A DNA stretch of 64,000 bases, taken from the NCBI GenBank assembly GCA_021846565.1, contig JAJZWS010000010.1:508-64507 (forward strand), written 5' to 3'. Shown here in pieces: positions 1-8,482 of this stretch. Each line of letters begins with the position of its first letter. The stretch's first letter is position 1. Position numbers and translations under genes: made by a program. This DNA is from Bacillota bacterium. Lineage in GTDB: Bacteria; Bacillota; Sulfobacillia; Sulfobacillales; JAIMBI01. Under the pieces are notes generated by a model. The model made no database searches. It saw nothing but the letters and a program-made list of their open reading frames with translations, and was not told the DNA's origin.

Positions 1-107
1 GGAGGGCTGGGCGAAGGCGCTGGCCCCAGTCGGCCGGGTGCACGGTGGACGCGGACCGGCTGGACCGGGGCTCTGTCAGTCGCCACCACGTTTGTGGCCG
101 CATGGCG

Positions 108-941
108 TCACACGTCGCGGCGGTGCAGCAGGTAGCTGGCCAGCACCAGCACCCCCGCGGTGTACACGGCGGCATAAATCAGAAAGGCGAGGCTGGGCAC
201 GGGCCAGGGGCCAAACGGGCCCAAAAAGGCCGGCGGGACCTGGGTAACGGCCCGGCTGGCCGCCATGTATAGCGCCCACCGGTAGAGGCCGTCGACAGGG
301 AACACCAGCCGCGTGATGGTCCCAAACACCGTGACGGCCTGCGGCAGGGCTCGCCCCGGCAAGATTTGCATGAGCGAGCCGCCCAACAGCGCCACGAAGA
401 AGAGACCCATCACCGCGACGCCATTGCTGAGCGGCGAAAGACCCACGGATCCCAACAGCGTCACCGCCCCGATGATCCACACGAGACCCATGAACGCGAG
501 CCACGCAGCCACCAGCCCGAGCGAGGCGCCGGGGTATCCAAACGTGACGTGCACCAAGAAAATCAACCCACCTGCAAGGCAGGTGGCGTACGCGCTGCCC
601 ACGATCCCAAACCCGATCCACTTGCCGCTGAGAATCTGCCAGCGCGACACTGGCCTCGGCAGCACGGCCAGCAGCGTGCCGTCGTCAATCTCACCTCGAA
701 TCGCCCCCGCCATCGAGAACACACTGAAAAGTGCCGTCATGAGGTACGAGAAGAACATGCCCACGTACAAAACCGACACCGCGACAGCCTCGGGGGGCAG
801 TCCCGCAGTGCCCGGGGCGCGCGCCAACTCGGAGATGCCCCATTCGTACAGCACGAAAAACAAAAGTGCCACCAGTGCCGCCACCAGCACCAAGCGCTTG
901 CGCAAGATCTCCACCAACGTACCGCGCACCACGACAGCCAT
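108..941 (-). CDS. ABC-2 type transporter permease (multi-pass membrane protein)
   Basis: ORF 108..998 with a strongly hydrophobic multi-TM profile. Start placed at the internal ATG (MAVVVRGTLVEILRK), which overlaps the ATPase stop (TGATG). Confidence 0.6.
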   Translation of the reverse strand: MAVVVRGTLVEILRKRLVLVAALVALLFFVLYEWGISELARAPGTAGLPPEAVAVSVLYVGMFFSYLMTALFSVFSMAGAIRGEIDDGTLLAVLPRPVSRWQILSGKWIGFGIVGSAYATCLAGGLIFLVHVTFGYPGASLGLVAAWLAFMGLVWIIGAVTLLGSVGLSPLSNGVAVMGLFFVALLGGSLMQILPGRALPQAVTVFGTITRLVFPVDGLYRWALYMAASRAVTQVPPAFLGPFGPWPVPSLAFLIYAAVYTAGVLVLASYLLHRRDV

Positions 942-1885
942 CAGTCGACCTCCACGGAAGTGGCGGGGTGGTCCGACGCCACCATGCTGCGAAACCACTC
1001 TTCCAGGTGCGTCGTCACCGGCTCCACCTCATAGACCGCCACCCCCTGTTCCAGCAACGTGCGGTGCACCGCGGGCAGGTCCAGACGGTCCACGCTCACC
1101 GTGATGCGGAGCCCCGTCACCGTGGGGATGACGCTGTCGGCCACCAGCCACGGTGCGAGAGCCGTGCGGGCAGCAGGCGGCAGCGCGTCCACCCCAATGT
1201 GAAACCGCGGCTCCGATCGCATGGCCGCACTAACGGCGCCCACGTGCAAAAGCTCTCCCTGGTTCAACAGCGCCACGCGGTCGCAGAACGTCTCCATGTC
1301 GGCCAGCAGGTGGCTGTTCAAAAACACGGTCACCCCTTCCTCGCGCAGTGTCTGGAGCAGCGCATGCACCTGGTGGCGCCCCAGAGGGTCCAGCGCGGAG
1401 GTGGGTTCGTCCAAAAACAGCAGGCGCGGCTCACCCACCAGCGCCACCGCCAACCCCAGGCGCTGCTGCATGCCTTTGCTGAACGATCCAATACGGTGCG
1501 CCCCGCGGCCCAAGAGGCCGACGCGGTCCAAGAGGGCATCGGACGCCGCCCGGCTCCACGCGGGCCGCTTCAAAAGCGCCCGATGATAGTTCAGCACCTC
1601 GTAGGGCGACAGCCATGCGGGGTAGCGAAACAGCTCGGGCAGGTACCCGAGCTGTTCACGCACCGCCGAATCCTCCAGCGGTTGGCCCAGGAGCCTCGCC
1701 TGGCCGGCGGTGGGGCGGATGAGCCCCACCAGCATCTTGACGAAGCTGCTTTTGCCGGCGCCGTTGGGCCCCAGGAGGCCGAAAATCTCCCCCGTGCGGA
1801 CGGTGACGCTCACATCGTGCACCGCCACCCGCGCCCCGTAGTGCTTCGACAGCGACAGCGTGTGCACCGCACTCGCGCTGCTCAC
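941..1885 (-). CDS. ABC transporter ATP-binding protein
   Basis: Walker A GPNGAGKS, signature SKGMQQR, Walker B LLFLDEPTSALD. Start placed at GTG (VSSASAVHTLSLSKHYG), overlapping the anti-sigma stop (GTGA). The N-terminal 123 aa of ORF 941..2254 are a G/R-rich overlap artefact. Confidence 0.85.
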   Translation of the reverse strand: MSSASAVHTLSLSKHYGARVAVHDVSVTVRTGEIFGLLGPNGAGKSSFVKMLVGLIRPTAGQARLLGQPLEDSAVREQLGYLPELFRYPAWLSPYEVLNYHRALLKRPAWSRAASDALLDRVGLLGRGAHRIGSFSKGMQQRLGLAVALVGEPRLLFLDEPTSALDPLGRHQVHALLQTLREEGVTVFLNSHLLADMETFCDRVALLNQGELLHVGAVSAAMRSEPRFHIGVDALPPAARTALAPWLVADSVIPTVTGLRITVSVDRLDLPAVHRTLLEQGVAVYEVEPVTTHLEEWFRSMVASDHPATSVEVD

Positions 1886-2943
1886 CGATAGATGCTCGCC
1901 GCCCAGTTCACGAACTGTGCCGCACTCATGCCGCCGGAGCCCGCCCGGTACAGGGCGACCAGCGTCTTGCCGTGCAGGTACAGCAACACCCAGCCTTTGG
2001 GCGTCTTCTCCACCACCGCGCGGTGTCCCTGGAACGACACGCCGTGGCCGGCTCCGCTCACCGGGACCAGCGCCGTCGCGCCCGGCGTGGGCATGGCCGC
2101 CAGTGCCTGCGACACCGAGGCCGGCAGGAACGGCAAGCCCTGAACTGCGGACCACACCTCGCGGGTGCTCACCCCGCCCGGCACCACCAGCGTCGGCACT
2201 TCCGATTCGGCCACGGTCACGCCCGCCGCGTTCGTGTTGGCCGCGCCGACCCACAGTGCCCGCGCGGGCACCTGCACGGTGAACGGCACCCCCGACAGGG
2301 CCGCCGGGAACAGATGGCTGCCGCCCTCATCCAGGATGAGGGCGTTTAAGGCTTGCACATGCAGTTGGAACGTCACATGCCCGCCCGTGCCCACGAGTGC
2401 CGTCGCCGGCATCGCCAGGCCGACCGGCCACAGGTTGGGCAAACCCGTCGCACTGGTCAGCCGGCTGGCCGGCAGCGCCGTGGGCTTCTGGCGCAAGCCC
2501 GACTCGCTGACGCTCCCGTAGCGCGCGAGGGACGCGTGGCCGTTTTGGGTCACCCGCTGAAACATGGTCTTCATCTCGCCCCGGGTGACCGATACCGCCT
2601 GCAGGTGGCTCACCGTGTAGGTGTTCACCACGCTCGCGATGGCCGACCGTCCAAAGGGCGACGCGGCCGCCAGCACCACGGCCGCCGCCCCCACCGAAAG
2701 CGCCACCCGGGAGGCGGGCCGTGAGACACGCCGTGCGCCGCGCGCCGGAGCGATCCCGCTCGGGTCGATCCCCGCCAGCCGACCCACCATCCCTTTCAAC
2801 TGTGCCCGGCAGCCCGCACAGGTCGCCAGGTGCCGCTCCGCCGATTCCGTCTGGAGCGGTGTCAGCTCATCGTCCCAGTAAGCGAGCCAAGTGGCGGCTT
2901 CCGGGCACCCCCCGGCACTTGTGCCAGTCATGTTCGCTTTCAC
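1882..2943 (-). CDS. Anti-sigma factor: N-terminal zf-HC2 motif, one TM segment, DUF4367-like extracytoplasmic domain
   Basis: H-x3-C-x2-C motif (ERHLATCAGCRAQL), then the hydrophobic segment ALSVGAAAVVLAAA and a ~250-aa C-terminal domain. The GTG start overlaps the sigma stop (GTGA). Confidence 0.7.
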   Translation of the reverse strand: MKANMTGTSAGGCPEAATWLAYWDDELTPLQTESAERHLATCAGCRAQLKGMVGRLAGIDPSGIAPARGARRVSRPASRVALSVGAAAVVLAAASPFGRSAIASVVNTYTVSHLQAVSVTRGEMKTMFQRVTQNGHASLARYGSVSESGLRQKPTALPASRLTSATGLPNLWPVGLAMPATALVGTGGHVTFQLHVQALNALILDEGGSHLFPAALSGVPFTVQVPARALWVGAANTNAAGVTVAESEVPTLVVPGGVSTREVWSAVQGLPFLPASVSQALAAMPTPGATALVPVSGAGHGVSFQGHRAVVEKTPKGWVLLYLHGKTLVALYRAGSGGMSAAQFVNWAASIYR

Positions 2944-3452
2944 TGCCCATGCCCCCTTTCACCCTGCCGTTCCGCCCTTGGGAGGCGGTCCGACGCGTCA
3001 AGCACTCGTCCTCGCACCTTGTTCACCGCCCGCCACAGCACGACGCCCACCTGTCCGACCGGAATCCCGAGTCGAGTCCCGATTTCTCGGTAGGGGCACC
3101 CCGTCGCCCGCATCCACAGCGCCTGCCGATCTCGTTCGGGCAGCTCATCCATCGCGGACTGGACTTCCTCCCAAGCTTCCCCCAAAAGCGCCTGGGCCTC
3201 CGGCCCCGGTTCGGGATCCGGTTCCACGGCCGCCGCTGCGACGGCGCGCTGGCCGTCGCGGCGCCACCGGTCGACCGCCAGCCGGGCGAGAATCACGCGG
3301 AGATAGGGCTTCATGCGGTCGGCGTCGCGCGGCGGCGTGTGCCACAGGCGCACGAACGCCTCCTGCGCCAAGTCCTCGGCGGCCTCGTCTCCCACCAGCC
3401 AACGGGCGCGCCGCACCAAGGCGTCGAACTGGTCGCGGTAGAGCCGATCCAC
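2940..3452 (-). CDS. ECF-type RNA polymerase sigma factor (sigma-70 family, regions 2 and 4)
   Basis: 170 aa. Region 2 is like DLAQEAFVRLW...YLRVILARLAVDRWRR. Region 4 HTH is like LPERDRQALWMRATGCPYREIGTRLGIPVGQVGVVLWRA. Confidence 0.85.
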   Translation of the reverse strand: MDRLYRDQFDALVRRARWLVGDEAAEDLAQEAFVRLWHTPPRDADRMKPYLRVILARLAVDRWRRDGQRAVAAAAVEPDPEPGPEAQALLGEAWEEVQSAMDELPERDRQALWMRATGCPYREIGTRLGIPVGQVGVVLWRAVNKVRGRVLDASDRLPRAERQGERGHGQ

Positions 3453-3521
3453 CGACCGCTGCCAGGCCAGTACCGCCCCCGCCTCATCGCTCTGGCGCGT
3501 GCCCCCACCCCCTCAGGCAGA

Positions 3522-3550
3522 TAGACGTCGACGCACCCGCTTTGTTACCG
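3522..3550 (-). promoter_or_regulatory. Candidate ECF-type promoter (GTAAC-N16-CGTC) upstream of the sigma gene
   Basis: The minus strand reads cgGTAACaaagcgggtgcgtcgaCGTCta, with the -10 element about 72 nt upstream of the sigma start. It resembles the GGAAC-N16/17-CGTC/T class of autoregulated ECF promoters. Confidence 0.4.
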
Positions 3551-3566
3551 GACGCGCGCGGGATTT

Positions 3567-4775
3567 TTAGCGCCCAATCCGGACCGGGAGATGGCGAAAC
3601 CCGCGAAACGCGGTGTTGGGCCGTCGGACGACCCCCTCCGCCACCGCGGCCCCGTCCCAACGGCGCGTCAGCCCCTCGAAGGCCAGCCGCGCCTCCAGGC
3701 GTGCCAGCGGGGCACCCAAGCAGAAGTGAACGCCGCGCCCAAACGCCAGGTGCCGATTCGGGGTCCGCCCGATGTCCAAGCGATCGGGGTCGGCAAACTG
3801 ACCCCCGTCGCGATTGGCCGAGCCAATCACTACGGCCACTGACGCCCCTTCAGCTATCACTGTGCCGCCCACTTCGGTCGCCGCGAGGCTCCACCGGAAC
3901 GTGGCGCGCTGGACGGGCGCGTCGTAGCGCAGCATCTCCTCGACCGCGCTTTCTGCCAGGCTCGGAGCGGCCCGGAGCCGCTCCCACTCGTCTGGGTGGT
4001 CCATCAGGGCCGCCAGACCATTGCCCAGCAGGTTCACCGTCGTCTCATGACCCGCCACCAACAGCAGGGTCAGCATGCCCAACAGCTCGCCCTCGTCCAG
4101 GCGGTCCCCCTCGTCGTGCACCTGCAGCAACAGGCTGGTCAGATCCTCGGTGGGGCGAAGCCGGCGCAGAGCCATCATGTCGCGAAAGTACTGGGCGATG
4201 CTGGCTTCCGCCGCCAGCGCCGCCTCGTAGCCCGCTTCGCTCTGCTTGGTGGCATCGCTGGCGCCGATAAGGTCGGCGCTCCACCGGCGAAAGGCTGGGC
4301 GATCCGCTTCCGGCACCCCCAACAGCTCGGCAATTACCGTGACAGGCAACGGCATGGCAAACTTCGCCATGAAGTCTCCTCCGCCGTCTCGGCCCAGTCC
4401 GTCCAGGAGCTCGTCGACCAGCGTCTCAATGCGGGGCGCCAACCGCTCGATGGTGCGGGGCGTGAACGACCGGTTAACCAGGTTGCGGAGCCGCGTGTGG
4501 GCGGGCGGGTCGCGAAACAGCATCGAGCGGTCAATGGGCGTGGCTTCCTCGGGGTTGAAGCGCTTCACAATGTCCTTTGAAAACCGCTGATCGCGGAGCG
4601 CCTCGGCGCACGTGGCATAGTCCGTCAGCCACCACTGCCCCGTGTCCTCGGACCACGGCACCCACACCACCGGCGCCTCCTCGCGCAGGCGCCGGTACAC
4701 CGCATAGGGCGAGGTGACGAAGCTTTCGCTCCGCAACTCCGCCAGCAGCGTTGGACTGAGTATCGATGTGGCCAT
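3567..4775 (-). CDS. Cytochrome P450
   Basis: Heme-binding loop FGRGVHFCLGAPLARLE, I-helix-like LLLVAGHETT and an ExxR motif (EEMLR). Start is uncertain among three close ATGs (MATGGMGMATSIL). Confidence 0.85.
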   Translation of the reverse strand: MATSILSPTLLAELRSESFVTSPYAVYRRLREEAPVVWVPWSEDTGQWWLTDYATCAEALRDQRFSKDIVKRFNPEEATPIDRSMLFRDPPAHTRLRNLVNRSFTPRTIERLAPRIETLVDELLDGLGRDGGGDFMAKFAMPLPVTVIAELLGVPEADRPAFRRWSADLIGASDATKQSEAGYEAALAAEASIAQYFRDMMALRRLRPTEDLTSLLLQVHDEGDRLDEGELLGMLTLLLVAGHETTVNLLGNGLAALMDHPDEWERLRAAPSLAESAVEEMLRYDAPVQRATFRWSLAATEVGGTVIAEGASVAVVIGSANRDGGQFADPDRLDIGRTPNRHLAFGRGVHFCLGAPLARLEARLAFEGLTRRWDGAAVAEGVVRRPNTAFRGFRHLPVRIGR

Positions 4776-4924
4776 TCCCATCCCCCCTGTCGCCATCCAG
4801 TGTAACGCCGCCGGGCCAAAACCCCCGGGGGCCGTATGTTCTCGCACAGAAATACGCGCTATCCGATTGACCGAGCTGAATCTGTCGCTTATTTTCTGCC
4901 TATACGGCTCTGTGGAGGTGGATT

Positions 4925-5635
4925 GTGGATAAAAGTGCGGCCAAGAGTGCCGAAGGAGAGCATCCCATCCCGGACAGGTGGACAGCTGGCGCCACGGTGT
5001 TCGCCGCGACCGGGGGCGTGGCTGCCGTGGTGGCCGCGGTCATCTGGATTGGATCCTTGCACTTTCCCACGTGGTTTGGCTTCGCCCTCGTCCCCTTCGC
5101 ATGCGTCGGCTTTGCGTGGTGCTGGGGTCGTTGGTGTGCGTACCAGTGGGCCACGCGGATCGTAAAGGCGGCGGCCAGGTACAAGATTTCCTACCCCTCC
5201 GCAGAATTCGGCAAGTATTACGTTCGGCTCAAGGAACTCACGCCGTCAGCGCGGGGGTCCTCCATCAGTGCGCCGAGCGTCTCCACTGCCGTCGCCACCG
5301 CTGTCAGCCTGGCTTCCGGGGGAGGCGCGGCGATTCTCGGGCATCTGAAATTTGCGGCGCCGCTCGAGGCGGCTTTGGTAATAGCTATAATTGTCTTTTT
5401 ATTACTATATTTAGCTTATACAGGTGCGATCAACGATTATACACTGGAATTTCACCGTGAATCCATCCAACTGCACGCGGCGCACCAGACCGCGGCCCAA
5501 CGCCCGCCACACGCCAAATCCGCTGGCACGAACGTCCCGATGCCCCTCTCTCCGGCCATGACATTCCGTATACTGGACGTCAAGGGCCTGTTGAAGGCCT
5601 TCGGCGGTGCGCTTTGGTGGATGAGGTTGCCATGA
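4925..5635 (+). CDS. Hypothetical membrane protein
   Basis: GTG start 6 nt after GGAGGTGG. Predicted TM segments near the N-terminus and at VIAIIVFLLLYLAY. No family recognised. Contains the AT-rich patch at 5376-5455. Confidence 0.5.
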   Translation: MDKSAAKSAEGEHPIPDRWTAGATVFAATGGVAAVVAAVIWIGSLHFPTWFGFALVPFACVGFAWCWGRWCAYQWATRIVKAAARYKISYPSAEFGKYYVRLKELTPSARGSSISAPSVSTAVATAVSLASGGGAAILGHLKFAAPLEAALVIAIIVFLLLYLAYTGAINDYTLEFHRESIQLHAAHQTAAQRPPHAKSAGTNVPMPLSPAMTFRILDVKGLLKAFGGALWWMRLP

Positions 5636-6195
5636 CCGCGAACCCCCAGACCTCGCCTCCGGCCCGTGCGGCTCAGGACGTGCCCGATCGCGTGGGATAC
5701 TGGGCGGCAGGGTTCTTTGCCGCTGCGCTGGTGTTTTTGGTGTGGATTGTGTTTGGCCACGCGCCGTTTGCCGTCTGGTTCCTGATGGGGTGCATGCTCG
5801 CGCTGGCCGTCGGGGCACTCACCGGGCGTGCCGGCGCACGGCGCTGGGGAACAGCACTGGCCGCGTTTGCAGCCGAGACCCTGCTGGCCCACCCTTCCGC
5901 CGCGTTTGGACAGCTTTACGGCGCCCTCCAGCAAGTCAGCCCGCGAAACCCCTCGTACGTTCTTCCGGGCGCCGCCCTGGTCACGGGGGTGGGCGGGCTC
6001 TTGCGCGTGTCCCCGCCGGGCGCCGGCATGACCACGCTGGGACTCGGCCTGCTCACGCTCGGCTTCTGGCTGGCTCTCTTTGCAGGGGCGCGCCACACCG
6101 CGGACCGCGAATGCCGCGCGGCCTTTGTCCGCGAATCACTGTGGCTTTATGCGCGCGGGCTCGCCTCACAGAGCGGCGGCCCTGCCCGCGACTGA
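5632..6195 (+). CDS. Hypothetical membrane protein
   Basis: The ATG overlaps the upstream stop (ATGA). Four or more hydrophobic segments (FFAAALVFLVWIVF, VWFLMGCMLALAVGAL ...). No family recognised. Confidence 0.5.
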   Translation: MTANPQTSPPARAAQDVPDRVGYWAAGFFAAALVFLVWIVFGHAPFAVWFLMGCMLALAVGALTGRAGARRWGTALAAFAAETLLAHPSAAFGQLYGALQQVSPRNPSYVLPGAALVTGVGGLLRVSPPGAGMTTLGLGLLTLGFWLALFAGARHTADRECRAAFVRESLWLYARGLASQSGGPARD

Positions 6196-6336
6196 CCAAT
6201 CCGCCGCGGCGACCAAGAGCGCCCTCCCTGCACAACGCAGGACGGTTCGACACCCTTGCGCTCCATGGGCTCTCCTGCCCGCCATCCCCTTCACGCTGGC
6301 GATTCCTCACGGTCGCTACTTTGATATGCTAGCAAC

Positions 6337-7707
6337 ATGACAAGCACGGGCATGCCCACGTCGCCCTTGGGCCGACGCCTCAGCACCGCGGCGCACGTGG
6401 TGCTATGGGTTTTTCTCACCAGCGCTCTGTTCGAGGGCTACCTGTTTATTCCCGGGCTGCCGGGCCAGTCGTTGCTGAGCGTCCTCGAGAAGGTCGTGGT
6501 CATTCCCCTCCCCCTGGCCGCCCTGTACTTCTGGTGGCGGCTTCGTCCCGCCGGGCAGTGGGTCGTGGGCCTGTACACCGCCTGGTTGGCATGGGTGCTC
6601 GTCTCGTATCTGGTGCACCAGCCGCACGACAACCTGACCCAGTACTACACGGAAACCCAGATCGGCGGCTGGCTGACGCTGGTGGCGGCCTGGGTGCTGG
6701 CGCGCCATCCCCTCTACATTCGGCGGTTTTGGCAAATTGGCCTGCCGGTGGCGTGGGTAGCCACCATCGCGATTGGGTTTTGGGAAATTCACACCGGCCA
6801 TCATATTGGGCCGTCGTCCGTGGCCGGTCGCCCGATTCCCTCGGTGTTTTACTTCAACCCCAACGACCTGGGCACGGCGCTGGGGCTGCTGTTGCCGCTG
6901 GTGTGGTTTTGGCCCGCCGCTTTTCGGCGGCCCGACCTAAAGCGCTGGGCGGTGCCGGGGGCGGCCGCGCTGACTCTGCTGTTGTTTTACATCCTGCTGA
7001 AAACCGGGTCCCGCGGCGGCGAGGTCGCGGTGGTGTTGGATTTGGTGGCCCTGCCGTTCGTGCTGGCCGGCCGCGCGCGCCGCTGGGCCGTCGGGGGCCT
7101 CGCGGCGCTGGTGGCGGTCATGGTCGCCCTCATTGTCTGGGCCCGCCAACAGGGACCCGCCAGCCACCTTCCGTTGGCGCTCTCCAAGCTGGCCCGGCTT
7201 CCCAACCTGGTCACGGGCCTGTTTCACATCCAAACCAATCTGCCGGCGGGCGTGGCTCCCGGCTCGATGACCATCCGCTGGGCGCTGTATCGCAGTGGCT
7301 TTTGGGCCCTGGAGCAGCATCCCTGGGGACTCGGACCGCGCGGCGCCATGCGCTGGTACGTGTACTGGGTGCACCACCACAGCCCTTACAACACCTATGG
7401 CATTGTGGACGCACACAACTTGTGGCTCGAAGTCGCGGTCAACTACGGATGGCTCGGGTTCCTCTTGTTCGTCGGCGGCTACGTGGGGATTGTGCTGGCT
7501 GCGCGCCGGGCGGCCCTCAAAGGCCCAACGCCCTTGGCGCGGGGGCTGGGGGCGGCCGTGTTTTCTGGCCTGGTCGGCTTTGTGGTGGGGGCCCTCTCGC
7601 CCTCCAGCGTGATGATCGGGTTTCTGGTCATGTGGGTCGTACTGGGACTGGGCCTGGCGGCGTGGCGCCTGGCCGAGCCGGATGGTGGAGCGCCGGCTCC
7701 TGGATAG
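6337..7707 (+). CDS. O-antigen ligase / Wzy-like polymerase family membrane protein
   Basis: 456 aa, about 10-12 TM segments, with a central loop like LKTGSRGGEVAVVLDL typical of the Wzy_C/O-antigen ligase domain. Confidence 0.6.
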   Translation: MTSTGMPTSPLGRRLSTAAHVVLWVFLTSALFEGYLFIPGLPGQSLLSVLEKVVVIPLPLAALYFWWRLRPAGQWVVGLYTAWLAWVLVSYLVHQPHDNLTQYYTETQIGGWLTLVAAWVLARHPLYIRRFWQIGLPVAWVATIAIGFWEIHTGHHIGPSSVAGRPIPSVFYFNPNDLGTALGLLLPLVWFWPAAFRRPDLKRWAVPGAAALTLLLFYILLKTGSRGGEVAVVLDLVALPFVLAGRARRWAVGGLAALVAVMVALIVWARQQGPASHLPLALSKLARLPNLVTGLFHIQTNLPAGVAPGSMTIRWALYRSGFWALEQHPWGLGPRGAMRWYVYWVHHHSPYNTYGIVDAHNLWLEVAVNYGWLGFLLFVGGYVGIVLAARRAALKGPTPLARGLGAAVFSGLVGFVVGALSPSSVMIGFLVMWVVLGLGLAAWRLAEPDGGAPAPG

Positions 7708-7728
7708 GCCCGGGGGCGGGACGGCGCC

Positions 7729-8481
7729 ATGATCGGGGTCTATCTCGCCATGGGTCTCCTGTCGGGAGTGGTGGTAGGCGGAGCCTTCGTGGGGGGCAGC
7801 CTCCTGCTCACGAGCCTGCTGCTATTTGTTCCGAGTCTCCTCGGGCAGCCATCACTGACGTTTCTGACGATCTCGGAGATCGTGGGGGCTCAAACGGTGG
7901 TGGCGGCGGCCATCGGCATGTGGGGACATCGGGACGTCATCGTCCCCGGCGTATTGCGGCGCCTCCTTCTGCCGGCCGCGTTGCTGTCGGCCGCCGGCGC
8001 CTTCTTGGCCCCCCTGCTGCCGCGCCCCCTGATTTTGCTGGTGTTGGAAGCGGTCATCGTTGTTTCGCTGGACCGGCTGGTGCGGCCGCGTATCCTCGAC
8101 GCGGCTGCACAGCCCGCCACCAAGGGCCCCACGCTGGCGATCACAGGCGCCGTCGTAGGGTTCCTGGGTGGGCTGTACGGCATCGGCGGCGGCTTTCTCC
8201 TGGTGCCCGCCCTGCTGCTGACGGGCCTTCCCGTACGCGCCGCCGTGGGCACGGCGCTCGGAGCGGGCGTGGTCATTGCGCTCACCGGGCTCGCCGTGAA
8301 GCTGCCCGCCTCCCATGCGGCCTCCTGGCCGCTGGGGCTCGCAGCCGCCGTCCTGGTGGGCTCGGCGGCGGGGGCGGCTACGGGGGCCTGGCTGGCGCGC
8401 CGCCTGCCCCCGCACTGGGTGCGCCGCGCCGTGTTGGGTCTGTTGGTGCTGGTGGCGGTGCGGGTGGGCCTGAGCCTCTAA
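7729..8481 (+). CDS. TauE/SafE family sulfite/anion exporter-like membrane protein
   Basis: 250 aa, multi-TM, with the TauE-typical motif GFLGGLYGIGGGFLLVPALLL. Confidence 0.75.
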   Translation: MIGVYLAMGLLSGVVVGGAFVGGSLLLTSLLLFVPSLLGQPSLTFLTISEIVGAQTVVAAAIGMWGHRDVIVPGVLRRLLLPAALLSAAGAFLAPLLPRPLILLVLEAVIVVSLDRLVRPRILDAAAQPATKGPTLAITGAVVGFLGGLYGIGGGFLLVPALLLTGLPVRAAVGTALGAGVVIALTGLAVKLPASHAASWPLGLAAAVLVGSAAGAATGAWLARRLPPHWVRRAVLGLLVLVAVRVGLSL

Positions 8482-8482
8482 T

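Noticed and set aside
2891-4270. 459-aa plus-strand P/R/A-rich ORF
   Set aside because: It is antisense to the ECF sigma and P450 genes, with extreme proline/arginine content and no motifs.
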